This document shows positions 16,756 through 25,693 of a stretch of DNA of 35,985 nucleotides, piece after piece. Source of the DNA: a virus; UHGV virus genome UHGV-0175543, one strand, 5' to 3'. Position 1 is the stretch's first letter. Each line of letters opens with the position of its first letter. The position numbers and the translations under genes are program-made. The notes beneath the pieces are model-generated. The model saw nothing but the letters and a program-made list of their open reading frames with translations, did no database searches and was not told where the DNA came from.

Positions 16756-18203
16756 GTCGGGAAGGAAACCAGGCAGCAAGGATTAACACTTGTGCGCCGT
16801 TTGAGTTTTCTTCTGGGCAAGACGCCGGCTATCTCGCTTCGCGCTATGGGCTTGCTCCTGATCCTTGGCAGCAAACCTGCCTAGACAACTGGTTTGCCGA
16901 ATACAAGAATATGCGGCTTGTCCATTCTAGGGTGGGGCTGAGTGTTCCCCGCCAGAATGGGAAGAACGCGGTTCTTGAAATGGTTGAGCTTTATAAAATG
17001 GTGATCCAGGGTCGCAAGATTCTGCATACGGCGCATGAGGTGAAAACAGCTCGTAAAGCGTTTACTAGGATTGCTGGTTTTTTTGAGAATGAGCGGGCTT
17101 TTCCTGAGCTGGCTGAGATGCTGAAGTCGATTAGGCGCACGAATGGGCAGGAAGCTATTGAGCTTACTAATGGTGCTTCGGTGGAGTTTATTGCTCGGTC
17201 TCGTGGGTCTGGTCGTGGATATACGGTTGATGACCTGGTGATGGATGAGGCGCAAGACCTCACTGATGAGCAACTTGAAGCTTTGCTTCCTACGATTTCG
17301 TCTGCTCCGTCTCGTGATCCGCAGCAGATTTATACGGGTACTCCTCCGGGGCCGCGTTCTCCTGGAACGGTTTTTGAGCGTACTAGGGGTTTGGGTGTTT
17401 CTGGTAGGGATCGGCGGCTTGCTTGGTGTGAGTTTTCTATTCCGGATGATTTAACCCCGGAAAAAGCCGCTACCCGGTGGCGGGAGTTGGCTTATGATAC
17501 TAACCCGGCGTTGGGGATTCGTTTGGCGGTGGGTTCGGTGCAGGATGAGCAGCGCACTATGTCGCCTGATGGGTTTGCTAGGGAGCGTCTTGGGCAGTGG
17601 CAGGGCGGCGCGAATGTTAAGGCGATTGACCTTGTGGATTGGCGTGAGCTTTTCATCGAAGAAGAACAAACCCCGGACACGGGGCGGGTTATGTTTGGGG
17701 TTAAGTTCAGCGCGGATGGTGCGCAGGTGGCTCTTGCCGGGGCTATGCGCCCTAAAACAGGTAAGACGCATGTGGAGGCTATCCGGTGGGAGTCCATGCG
17801 GGAAGGCACCGGCTGGCTAAAAGATTTCCTACTCGATAGGAAAGATAAAACCGCTGCCGTAGCTATTGACGGCAAATACGGTACCGGCATGCTCGTGAAC
17901 GAGCTGATTGAAGCAGGATATCCAAAAAAGGCGATTATTTGCCCGCGTGTGGATCAGTTGATCGCTGCGCATTCCATGCTGGAACAGGCTATTAGAGATA
18001 GAACAATTTCAACTATTGAGCAAGAGGAAACTATTAAGCAGGTGGAGGGCGCTGTTAAACGCCCTATCGGGCGTGATGGTGGCTTCGGATGGGCACCTAG
18101 GAGTGAGGAGGGCACCGTGATCTGTTTAGATGCGCTAACTCTCGCTTTTTGGGCATCGAGGAATACTAGGCGGCGTCCTGGCAGAAAGGCGGTGGCTTTG
18201 TAG
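16752..18203 (+). CDS. terL: Terminase large subunit
   Basis: VPRQNGKN Walker A, LVMDEAQ Walker B, TGTPP, NPALG. Confidence 0.95.
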   Translation: MSREGNQAARINTCAPFEFSSGQDAGYLASRYGLAPDPWQQTCLDNWFAEYKNMRLVHSRVGLSVPRQNGKNAVLEMVELYKMVIQGRKILHTAHEVKTARKAFTRIAGFFENERAFPELAEMLKSIRRTNGQEAIELTNGASVEFIARSRGSGRGYTVDDLVMDEAQDLTDEQLEALLPTISSAPSRDPQQIYTGTPPGPRSPGTVFERTRGLGVSGRDRRLAWCEFSIPDDLTPEKAATRWRELAYDTNPALGIRLAVGSVQDEQRTMSPDGFARERLGQWQGGANVKAIDLVDWRELFIEEEQTPDTGRVMFGVKFSADGAQVALAGAMRPKTGKTHVEAIRWESMREGTGWLKDFLLDRKDKTAAVAIDGKYGTGMLVNELIEAGYPKKAIICPRVDQLIAAHSMLEQAIRDRTISTIEQEETIKQVEGAVKRPIGRDGGFGWAPRSEEGTVICLDALTLAFWASRNTRRRPGRKAVAL

Positions 18204-19666
18204 TGACTTATTTTGAGAATGCGCTTACCGCCGGCACAGCTTTTAACCCGCCGGAAACCATCAAAGGGGTTAGCCCGCTGGAGGCAGATAAGATCCGCGC
18301 TCTATGGGCCGTGTGGGCACGGAAACTATCCCGGAATCTTTTAAGGTCTTCTTATTACGACGGGAAGGTTCCGGTTAAGAACCTGTTTATTTCGACTCCC
18401 CCGCAGGTTGCCGCCCGGATTTCTTCGGTTATCGGTTGGCCCGCTAAAGCCGTTGATGCGCTTGCTGATTTATCAATCTTTGAAGGCTTCGTATCTAAAG
18501 ACGGGGTAACTGACCCGTTTGGGCTCTCCCCCATTTTGGAACGGAATCACTTCGGGATGGAGTTTTCGCAAGCGGTACGCAGCGCCTACAAGCACTCGTG
18601 TGCATTCCTTACAGTGGCAGAGAACCCGGAGACGCCGGGCGAGATTCTGATTATGGCGCGCTCGGCTGAATATTCGGCAGCTACGTGGGATAGGGTGCGC
18701 CGCGAAATGGACGGAATGCTCTCAATTATCGACACCGATAAGGATGGGCGTCCCACTATCGCGGATATTTTCCTACCCGAAGTGACCATCCGGATCACTC
18801 GGCAGCCTGGTGGGGCGTGGAGCGCGGATAGGCGTGTGAATCCTTACCGGCAGGTGATGGCTGAACCTATCGTGTATGACCCGGATATTTCGCGCCCGTT
18901 TGGTCGGTCTCGGATTTCACGACCGGTCATGGCTATCACTGATAACGCGATGAGAACCATCCTGCGTGCTGAAGTCTCAGCAGAGTTCTACACCGCGCCG
19001 CGCATGGCCGCTATCGGCGTGGATGAAGATGCTTTCGCGTCCGGTAAATGGAACCTGGCAATTGACCGGTGGGTCGGTTTTAGCCGGGATGAGGACGGTC
19101 AGGCACCTAATGTGCAACAGTTTGCGCAAATGACCATGCAGCCCTTGCTGGATCAGTATCGTTGGTATGCGTCGCAGTTTGCGGCGGAAACTGACCTGCC
19201 AGTATCCTCGCTTGGGATTGTGCAGGATAATCCCTCGTCTGCGGAGGCTATGCGGGTCGCTAAGGACGCGCTTTACACGCGGGCTACTACCGCTAACTTG
19301 GCGCATGCTAACGCTTTGGAGCGAATGGCACGCAAGATTATTGCTCTGCGTGATGGCTTGAATGAGTTGCCTGGTGAAGCTTTTGGGATTGGCGCTAAGT
19401 TCGCGAATTTGAAGCCGGGTTCAGCGTTGGCGGCTGATTCGCTTTCCAAGCTGGTTGCGGCGTTCCCGTGGTTTGCTGATTCTGAGATTGCTTTGGAGTA
19501 TGCGGGGTTTTCTCGTCAGGAGATAGACCGGCTGCAGGGCGAGCGTAAGCGCGCTGAGGGGGCAACCCTGATCCAACAGCTCCTAACCAGTGGGACTGAA
19601 GGCGAAAACGCGGAAACTGAAAGCACAGAGGATGAGAATAAGGGTGCTAGTGAGGTTCAGAAGTGA
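18203..19666 (+). CDS. Portal protein
   Basis: YYDG, W...AVDAL, RPFGRSRI and NPSSAEA motifs; follows terL. Confidence 0.92.
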   Translation: MTYFENALTAGTAFNPPETIKGVSPLEADKIRALWAVWARKLSRNLLRSSYYDGKVPVKNLFISTPPQVAARISSVIGWPAKAVDALADLSIFEGFVSKDGVTDPFGLSPILERNHFGMEFSQAVRSAYKHSCAFLTVAENPETPGEILIMARSAEYSAATWDRVRREMDGMLSIIDTDKDGRPTIADIFLPEVTIRITRQPGGAWSADRRVNPYRQVMAEPIVYDPDISRPFGRSRISRPVMAITDNAMRTILRAEVSAEFYTAPRMAAIGVDEDAFASGKWNLAIDRWVGFSRDEDGQAPNVQQFAQMTMQPLLDQYRWYASQFAAETDLPVSSLGIVQDNPSSAEAMRVAKDALYTRATTANLAHANALERMARKIIALRDGLNELPGEAFGIGAKFANLKPGSALAADSLSKLVAAFPWFADSEIALEYAGFSRQEIDRLQGERKRAEGATLIQQLLTSGTEGENAETESTEDENKGASEVQK

Positions 19667-20874
19667 CCTCCCTGGCAGACGCTAACCGTTTTTCAAAAAC
19701 GCAAGCCATCCTAAAAACTAAAGCCCTAAAAGAACTCAAAAAACGCTTACGCGGTCTGCCAGAACTGGTGGACGAAACCGAGCTATTAGAGTTCTTGAAC
19801 CGGCTACTTCCAGAGCTTTTGGATCAGTATGGTTTGGTGGCTGCTGAAGCAGCGGCGCAGTGGTATGAACAGATCCATCCTGACGCGAATTATCGGGCGA
19901 TTGTGGAACGCGCTGATATTTCGGCTCTTAGGGGCAGGATTGATGTGGATACCGCGTTTTATGCCGCGAAAAACCAGCAAGGGCAGGATGGGTTAGCGCA
20001 GGCGCTTTTCGATAAGATTTCGCCTGATTTTGAGCGGGAAATGACGCGGAGGGCGCGCCGTACCGTGCGCCATAACATCCGGTTTGACCCGTCCAAGCCA
20101 AGGTGGGCGCGTATCCCTTACGGTAGGAAGACTTGCGCTTTTTGTGTGATGCTGGCGTCTCGTGGTTTCGCCTACCATACGCAGGAAACCGCTGGTTATA
20201 AAGAGAAGTTCCACTCTGATTGCGACTGCCGGATAATCCCGCATTGGGGCAAGGGCAGTATCAAGGGTTATGATCCTTCGCATTACATGGATTTGTATGA
20301 GCGAGGCAGGCTAGTAGCGGAACGCGCCGGCGAACCTGCTACACCTGAGAATGTTCTTAAAGGTATGCGCCTGGCAGACCCGGAAGCGTTTTCTGATTCC
20401 GCGAAGTTCGGGCAGGGGAAGCGGAAAGGCAAGGCTGACGGGACTCTCCCGGGCGAGGTTTGGAATGCGTATCGACAAAAAGTTGTAGACCGGTTTTTTG
20501 CGACTGATTTCCCTAAAGGACAAATCGTGAAACTACCGCCAGTAGTACCCGCTACGCCACCGCCAGATTGGCCGAAAGATGCCCCGAAACTGAATGCCAA
20601 GAAGTGGAATCACATCCTATATGGTGATGTTCGAGTTAATCGCCATGATAAAAAAGAGGTTTTTTGTGGTGGGCATAAACACGGTTACGGCTGGATAGGA
20701 GACAAAACAGAGTTTCCCCCGGATTGGGAAGACAGCAAAATAGCAGAAAGTATTCTTGCTGCACTTAACAATAAAGTTAAGACCGGTAAATACGAGATGC
20801 CACTTAACCGAGGCAAAATATTGGTTTATACTAGTGACGAATGTACGCGGATTAAAACCGCATATTATACCTAG
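19663..20874 (+). CDS. MuF-like minor head protein with a C-terminal EndoU-like nuclease toxin
   Basis: TCAFCVMLASRG...HSDCDC head-morphogenesis motif; C-terminal HILYGD...GGH...KTEFPPDW. Confidence 0.8.
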   Translation: MTSLADANRFSKTQAILKTKALKELKKRLRGLPELVDETELLEFLNRLLPELLDQYGLVAAEAAAQWYEQIHPDANYRAIVERADISALRGRIDVDTAFYAAKNQQGQDGLAQALFDKISPDFEREMTRRARRTVRHNIRFDPSKPRWARIPYGRKTCAFCVMLASRGFAYHTQETAGYKEKFHSDCDCRIIPHWGKGSIKGYDPSHYMDLYERGRLVAERAGEPATPENVLKGMRLADPEAFSDSAKFGQGKRKGKADGTLPGEVWNAYRQKVVDRFFATDFPKGQIVKLPPVVPATPPPDWPKDAPKLNAKKWNHILYGDVRVNRHDKKEVFCGGHKHGYGWIGDKTEFPPDWEDSKIAESILAALNNKVKTGKYEMPLNRGKILVYTSDECTRIKTAYYT

Positions 20875-20879
20875 GAGTA

Positions 20880-21122
20880 ATGCTGATGCTGGGATATTTA
20901 GATGCCTGGGATACGGTACTTACTGCCATCAGCGAGGCGGGGCGTGGCGACCTCTTAGAGAGCCTGAAAGAACTTGAACTACACGATGGTCCTGATCTTG
21001 ATTTGGCGATTGATTGGGCAACCGCCGCAGGTATTCCTTTATCTGATGAAATAGAAAAATCAGCCCGGGAGTTAGTCGCTTGCGGAGATTTGGAACCAGA
21101 AGCTTTAGAAGCGTTCAAATAG
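20880..21122 (+). CDS. Candidate immunity protein for the EndoU-like domain
   Basis: 80-aa acidic ORF directly after the toxin domain, with AGGAG RBS and a following terminator. Confidence 0.65.
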   Translation: MLMLGYLDAWDTVLTAISEAGRGDLLESLKELELHDGPDLDLAIDWATAAGIPLSDEIEKSARELVACGDLEPEALEAFK

Positions 21123-21142
21123 TCAAAACTTGAAAACCGGTT

Positions 21143-21174
21143 AAAGCCAGTCACATTTGTGGCTGGCTTTTCTA
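21143..21174 (+). terminator. Intrinsic terminator
   Basis: AAAGCCAGTCAC-ATTT-GTGGCTGGCTTT followed by TCT. Confidence 0.7.
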
Positions 21175-21245
21175 TACCCATATTTTTAGCGTCCGCGCAC
21201 GTGGACGTTTTTTATTGCCCGCACGGGAATATTTAAGGAGAAAAG

Positions 21246-21755
21246 ATGCACGATATTGGCGCACCTGAAACCACGCCAACCACTGATAAGGCTGAGGGGG
21301 ATGCACAGACCCCGAAACCTACACCACCAGAATCCACGCCCGAACAGGCTGGTGAGGATTCTACGGATTGGAAAAGTTTAGCCAAAAAGTGGGAAGCACG
21401 CGCGAAAGCCAACAAAAACGCTGCCCGCAAACTAGCTGAACTCGAAGAAGCAAGCAAAACCGAAGAGCAGAAACGCTTCGAGAAAACCGAGCAACTAGAA
21501 AAAGAGCTCGCAGCCTATAAGCAGCGTGACCAGGTGAAAGCTTGGGCAGAAGAAATCGTCCAGGATAGCGGTATCCCGGCTTCGGTGCTACGAGGCACCA
21601 CCCAAGAGGAGCTGCTGGCACATTTTGAGCAGCTAAAACCCCTCATAGAAGCTAAACCGGCATCTAAGCCGGGCGTGTTCCCGGGGTTTGATAAGCAGCC
21701 AGATAACGGTGGGGCTGATTCTGCCTGGCTGGGGCGTCTTTTCGGAAAACAATAA
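21246..21755 (+). CDS. Capsid scaffolding protein
   Basis: DWK..AKKWE.RAK.N coiled coil; directly upstream of the capsid gene. Confidence 0.85.
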   Translation: MHDIGAPETTPTTDKAEGDAQTPKPTPPESTPEQAGEDSTDWKSLAKKWEARAKANKNAARKLAELEEASKTEEQKRFEKTEQLEKELAAYKQRDQVKAWAEEIVQDSGIPASVLRGTTQEELLAHFEQLKPLIEAKPASKPGVFPGFDKQPDNGGADSAWLGRLFGKQ

Positions 21756-21783
21756 CTAAAACCAATTTTTAAGGAGCAATAAA

Positions 21784-22695
21784 ATGGCACTTATCAATAC
21801 TGACACCACTAAGGTGTTGCTTCCGCGCAATATCGCTGACGGGGTCATCAAGGACACTATTAGCGAATCTACCGTTGCTAAGCTTTCGGGGCGTGAACCC
21901 CAAAAGTTCGGTGACATCGACTACCTGGTGTTTAACGGCACCCCGAAGGCCGAATTCGTTAAAGAGGGAGGCGAGAAAGCATCTACCGATGCCTCTTGGA
22001 CTTCCGTAACCGCGAAACCTCATAAGGCGCAGGTTACCCTGCGTTTTTCGCAAGAGGTGCAGTGGCAGGACGAAGACTATCAGCTGGGAATCCTAACCGA
22101 GCTGGGTAATGCGGGAGCTATCGCTCTATCGCGTGCCCTCGACCTGGGACTGTATCACCGGATCAACCCGCTAACCGGGGCAGCGATTGATACCTGGACT
22201 AACTACCTGGCAGCAACCACTAACAAGGTCGAGCTGGGAACTACCCCGGCTGATGAAGCGTTGCGTTCTGCTGTGGGGCTGCTACGCAATCAGGCGAAAC
22301 CGAAGAACATTAACGGCTTCGCGCTCGACCCCGGTTATGGGTGGCTGCTTGCCAATATCAAGAATGACAAGGGCGAACTAAAGTACCCGAATCTGGGATT
22401 CGGTACCGATATCACCTCGTTTATGGGTGTTCCTACCGCGTTGGGTGATACTGTTTCGGGTCGTCCTGAAGCTAAAGATACTGGTATCCGTGCCATTGTA
22501 GGCGACTTCAAGGACGGTATCCGGTGGGGTGTTCAGCGTGATATCCCGGTTGAGCTAATTCGCTACGGTGACCCGGATGGTAAGGGCGATTTGCAGCGCA
22601 AGAACGAAATCGCACTCCGCCTAGAGCTCGTCTACGGCTGGTACGTGTTTACTGACCGCTTCGCTTTGGTAACTACTACTCCTGCTGCGGGGTAA
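21784..22695 (+). CDS. Major capsid protein (HK97-like)
   Basis: AEFVKEGGEK, LSRALDLG..H and IVGDF motifs; position in the head module. Confidence 0.92.
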   Translation: MALINTDTTKVLLPRNIADGVIKDTISESTVAKLSGREPQKFGDIDYLVFNGTPKAEFVKEGGEKASTDASWTSVTAKPHKAQVTLRFSQEVQWQDEDYQLGILTELGNAGAIALSRALDLGLYHRINPLTGAAIDTWTNYLAATTNKVELGTTPADEALRSAVGLLRNQAKPKNINGFALDPGYGWLLANIKNDKGELKYPNLGFGTDITSFMGVPTALGDTVSGRPEAKDTGIRAIVGDFKDGIRWGVQRDIPVELIRYGDPDGKGDLQRKNEIALRLELVYGWYVFTDRFALVTTTPAAG

Positions 22696-22700
22696 CCGCT

Positions 22701-22835
22701 ATGGGTGTGAATTTGATTGACCCTGCCGGGGTGAAAGTGAACGTGTCCGATGAGGACGCGCCGCATTTGCTGCGGCAGGGATATAAGAAACCGCCGGTCA
22801 AAAAACCGGCGAGTAAGGCTACTGCCAAGAAATAG
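22701..22835 (+). CDS. Small basic 44-aa protein (not in the ORF track)
   Basis: MGVNLIDPAGVKVNVSDEDAPHLLRQGYKKPPVKKPASKATAKK; fills the gap after the capsid gene. Confidence 0.6.
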   Translation: MGVNLIDPAGVKVNVSDEDAPHLLRQGYKKPPVKKPASKATAKK

Positions 22836-22864
22836 GTGGTTCTAGGGGAAAGGTAGGGGAACTT

Positions 22865-23359
22865 ATGGCATGGGCAACTGCTCAAGACGTACTCGATGAC
22901 TGGATTGGCGCGGATCAGCCGGTTAATGATGCGACGCTTGCCAGGTGGGTTGGGCGAGCCGAGCGGTTGCTGCGCCATGAGTTCCCCACCTTACAATCAC
23001 GGCTAGACTCCGGGCTCGAGCCTGACCTGGCGGCTAGTGTTCGGGATGTTATTTCGGCGATGGTAACCCGGGTTTTCCGCAACCCGGAAGGAATCCGCTC
23101 CCAATCTTCCGGGGCAGGGTCTTATACCGAGTCGGTGACGTTTGGTGGAGCGCAGCCGGGCGGGCTGTTTATTACTGACCGGGAGAAGGCTTTGTTGATG
23201 CCTCCTGGTGAGGGTAGACCGGGCGCAGCCTACACAGTCCCCGCTTATTCGGGTGGCTCTGGTCATTTGCTTTGGTGCGATCGAACCTGGGCTAAGGATC
23301 GGTGTTCTTGCGGTCTGGATATTGCGCCTTCCCCGATTTTTGAGGGGGCGCAGCCATGA
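22865..23359 (+). CDS. Head-tail adaptor
   Basis: MVTRVFRNPEG...AG.Y...LFITD.E motif; position. Confidence 0.8.
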   Translation: MAWATAQDVLDDWIGADQPVNDATLARWVGRAERLLRHEFPTLQSRLDSGLEPDLAASVRDVISAMVTRVFRNPEGIRSQSSGAGSYTESVTFGGAQPGGLFITDREKALLMPPGEGRPGAAYTVPAYSGGSGHLLWCDRTWAKDRCSCGLDIAPSPIFEGAQP

Positions 23360-23763
23360 TTCGGTCAAGGTCAAGACTGGTCGGTGAACAGGTTGTTTTG
23401 CTGGTTCCGCGCCCATTCGGAGACAACGGGGAAACAGTTCGGGACCCTATGGGGGAAATTATTAGCTTCGAGGATTTCGAAGGCACTTTAGATGATGTTC
23501 TTATCGTCCCGGGCGATTCCTCAGATCTAACCGGGTCTATACGACCTGAGGGTGACCGTACGGTCTATACCCTGCATTTTCCCAAGAGTTTCCCGGAAGC
23601 GGTTAAGGGGATACCGCAAGAGTTCCTAAAGTCCTTGAAAGGCGCACGAATAAAAGTGCGGGGCGAAACATTCAGGGTTATTGGTGACCCAAAGCCCTAT
23701 ATGGATGTGAATACCCCTACCCGCTGGAATATGCCAGTCAAGGTGGAGGCGGTAAATGGCTAA
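23356..23763 (+). CDS. Head-tail stopper
   Basis: TLHFPK...VRGETFRVIGDP; position. Confidence 0.7.
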   Translation: MIRSRSRLVGEQVVLLVPRPFGDNGETVRDPMGEIISFEDFEGTLDDVLIVPGDSSDLTGSIRPEGDRTVYTLHFPKSFPEAVKGIPQEFLKSLKGARIKVRGETFRVIGDPKPYMDVNTPTRWNMPVKVEAVNG

Positions 23764-24043
23764 CGTGAAGTTCAAGCGTTTTGCGGGGGCTTTCGAAGCA
23801 TTCATGAACTCTGCCCCGGTACGTACAGAGGTTGATTCTTATGTGCAGCAAGTAGCCGCTAGAGCTAACCGGATAAATAACGGCGGTAAACGGGGGCGAC
23901 CTCGCCACGCATTCGAGGGCTCTACCCAGGCCGGTAAAACTCGCGCACAGGGCATGGTGAAAATTGCCAACCCTAAAGACTCCGAAACCTACGAAAACTC
24001 CCTGCGAAATAACACTCTTTTGAAAGCACTCAAAGGAGGCTAA
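23756..24043 (+). CDS. Neck / tail completion protein
   Basis: C-terminal NNTLLKAL; position. Confidence 0.6.
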   Translation: MANVKFKRFAGAFEAFMNSAPVRTEVDSYVQQVAARANRINNGGKRGRPRHAFEGSTQAGKTRAQGMVKIANPKDSETYENSLRNNTLLKALKGG

Positions 24044-24045
24044 CG

Positions 24046-24399
24046 GTGCAAACACAATCCGCTGAGCTCTTAACCTGGCTGAAAGGCAAGACCCGGTGGG
24101 AATGCTACGGGATAGTGCCGGATCCGCGCCCTGAAAAGTTCATCACGATAGAGCGCATCGGGGGACGCACCTCCCGAATCCTCGACTATCCCTCCTACGC
24201 GGTTCAAGTTTGGGCTAACCGGCTTATAGCCGCAGATATGGAAGCCACCAAACTACAGCAATCCTGCTACGACTTAGAGCTTGAACCATGGGTCGCAGGG
24301 GTTGCGGTAGGGAGCCTCTACAACTTCCCTGACCCTGATTCTAGGCAGGCCCGTTATCAGTTCACCCTCGATTTAGTAACAACAATCAACATTTATTAA
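24046..24399 (+). CDS. Tail terminator
   Basis: RPEKFITIERIGG...QVWA...FPDPDS..ARYQ. Confidence 0.75.
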   Translation: MQTQSAELLTWLKGKTRWECYGIVPDPRPEKFITIERIGGRTSRILDYPSYAVQVWANRLIAADMEATKLQQSCYDLELEPWVAGVAVGSLYNFPDPDSRQARYQFTLDLVTTINIY

Positions 24400-24410
24400 G
24401 GAGAATTATT

Positions 24411-24989
24411 ATGGCTAAAGGTACTCTTGATGCCAATAATGTGTCTGTGGGTAAACCGCAGGCTGCGGGCGGGATTTTCGCTGCCCCAACCGGTACGGAA
24501 CCACCAAAAGACGCAGCAACCCCGCTTGCGGCAACGTTCGTAAACCTGGGCTATGTGTCTGAGGATGGGCTTACCAACGCTATCGAAACTGATACCGAGG
24601 ATATTAAGGAGTGGGGCGGGGCAACCGTCCTCACCGTCCAAACCTCCCGTACCGAGACCTTCACTTTCACCTTTATTGAGTCCCTCAATGAAGACGTGTT
24701 AAAGCAGGTTTATGGCACGGACAATGTTAAAACCGGCGAAGTCATCCACAATGGGCTACCTAAAGGCCGGTGGGTGTATGTATTCGAGATCCTACTGACT
24801 GGGGCGAAGAAGCGTCGCATTGTAGTTCCGAACGCAGAAATCACCGAGGTAGGTGAAACCGCATATAAGGCAGGTGAAGCTATCGGTTACGAGATTACCC
24901 TGTCTGCTTTCCCTGACGAGAAGGGGAATACTGCGTATGAGTATATGGCTGAAGCTGCTGCTGGTGGCTCGTCTGTGGGAGGTCATTAG
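24411..24989 (+). CDS. Major tail protein
   Basis: LGYVSEDG...IKEWGG..V motif. Confidence 0.9.
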   Translation: MAKGTLDANNVSVGKPQAAGGIFAAPTGTEPPKDAATPLAATFVNLGYVSEDGLTNAIETDTEDIKEWGGATVLTVQTSRTETFTFTFIESLNEDVLKQVYGTDNVKTGEVIHNGLPKGRWVYVFEILLTGAKKRRIVVPNAEITEVGETAYKAGEAIGYEITLSAFPDEKGNTAYEYMAEAAAGGSSVGGH

Positions 24990-24992
24990 TTT

Positions 24993-25328
24993 ATGGCTAC
25001 ACCCAAGAAAAGCGCTCCCAAAAAATCAGCAGCGACTAAAACACCGCGTAATCCAGCCGCCACGGACGGGAAAACCAAGGTCACCGTTAAGGGGATCACG
25101 GTTTTTTTGGACGGGGACGCGATGGACGATGTGGAGTTCGTGAAAAACTTGCGGGCTCTACAGCGCGGCGAAAACGAGCTTCTTGTGTGGGACATTATCG
25201 AAACCATGCTAGGAGCAGACCAGCTAGACGAGGTGTGTGACAAGCTCAAAGACCCGGCTACCGGGCGGTGTCGCATGTCCGATTTGGGGGCGTTTTTGGA
25301 GGAGATTTTCAATAAGCTCCCAAAATAA
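24993..25328 (+). CDS. Tail assembly chaperone (G)
   Basis: Between the major tail gene and the tape measure gene; ends at the slippery site C-CCA-AAA. Confidence 0.8.
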   Translation: MATPKKSAPKKSAATKTPRNPAATDGKTKVTVKGITVFLDGDAMDDVEFVKNLRALQRGENELLVWDIIETMLGADQLDEVCDKLKDPATGRCRMSDLGAFLEEIFNKLPK

Positions 25329-25672
25329 TAGTTTTTCTGCGTCTAAGCGAGAACTATCCGGATGAGTTGACGGCTGATTTTGTGGCTCGCTATGGGCGTG
25401 ACTGGAAAAACTTGGGTTTGTGGGAGGCAGCGGCTTTGTCGTGGCCGCTGCTTTCCCGCCCTGATTACGAAATCTGCAGGACCCTCAATCCTGACGGATG
25501 GTTTTGGCAAGACCCAATCTTTAACGCTCTCGCTGGGATAGCGGGAGTCAAACCGCCTGCCAATAAACCCCAAAAACTCGAGTCTTCGGGTGGTGGTTTG
25601 CAGGTGATGGATACCGATCAGGTGGATCGCGTCCTCGCAGGGAGGTGGATCCCTGCAGAAAGCAATAACTAA
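25319..25672 (+). CDS. Tail assembly chaperone -1 frameshift extension (GT)
   Basis: The -1 frame is open from CCCAAAA (25319-25325) into the 25367-25672 ORF. Confidence 0.75.
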   Translation, partial: PKIIVFLRLSENYPDELTADFVARYGRDWKNLGLWEAAALSWPLLSRPDYEICRTLNPDGWFWQDPIFNALAGIAGVKPPANKPQKLESSGGGLQVMDTDQVDRVLAGRWIPAESNN

Positions 25673-25693
25673 ATAGGCGGAGGTGGACTCCTC

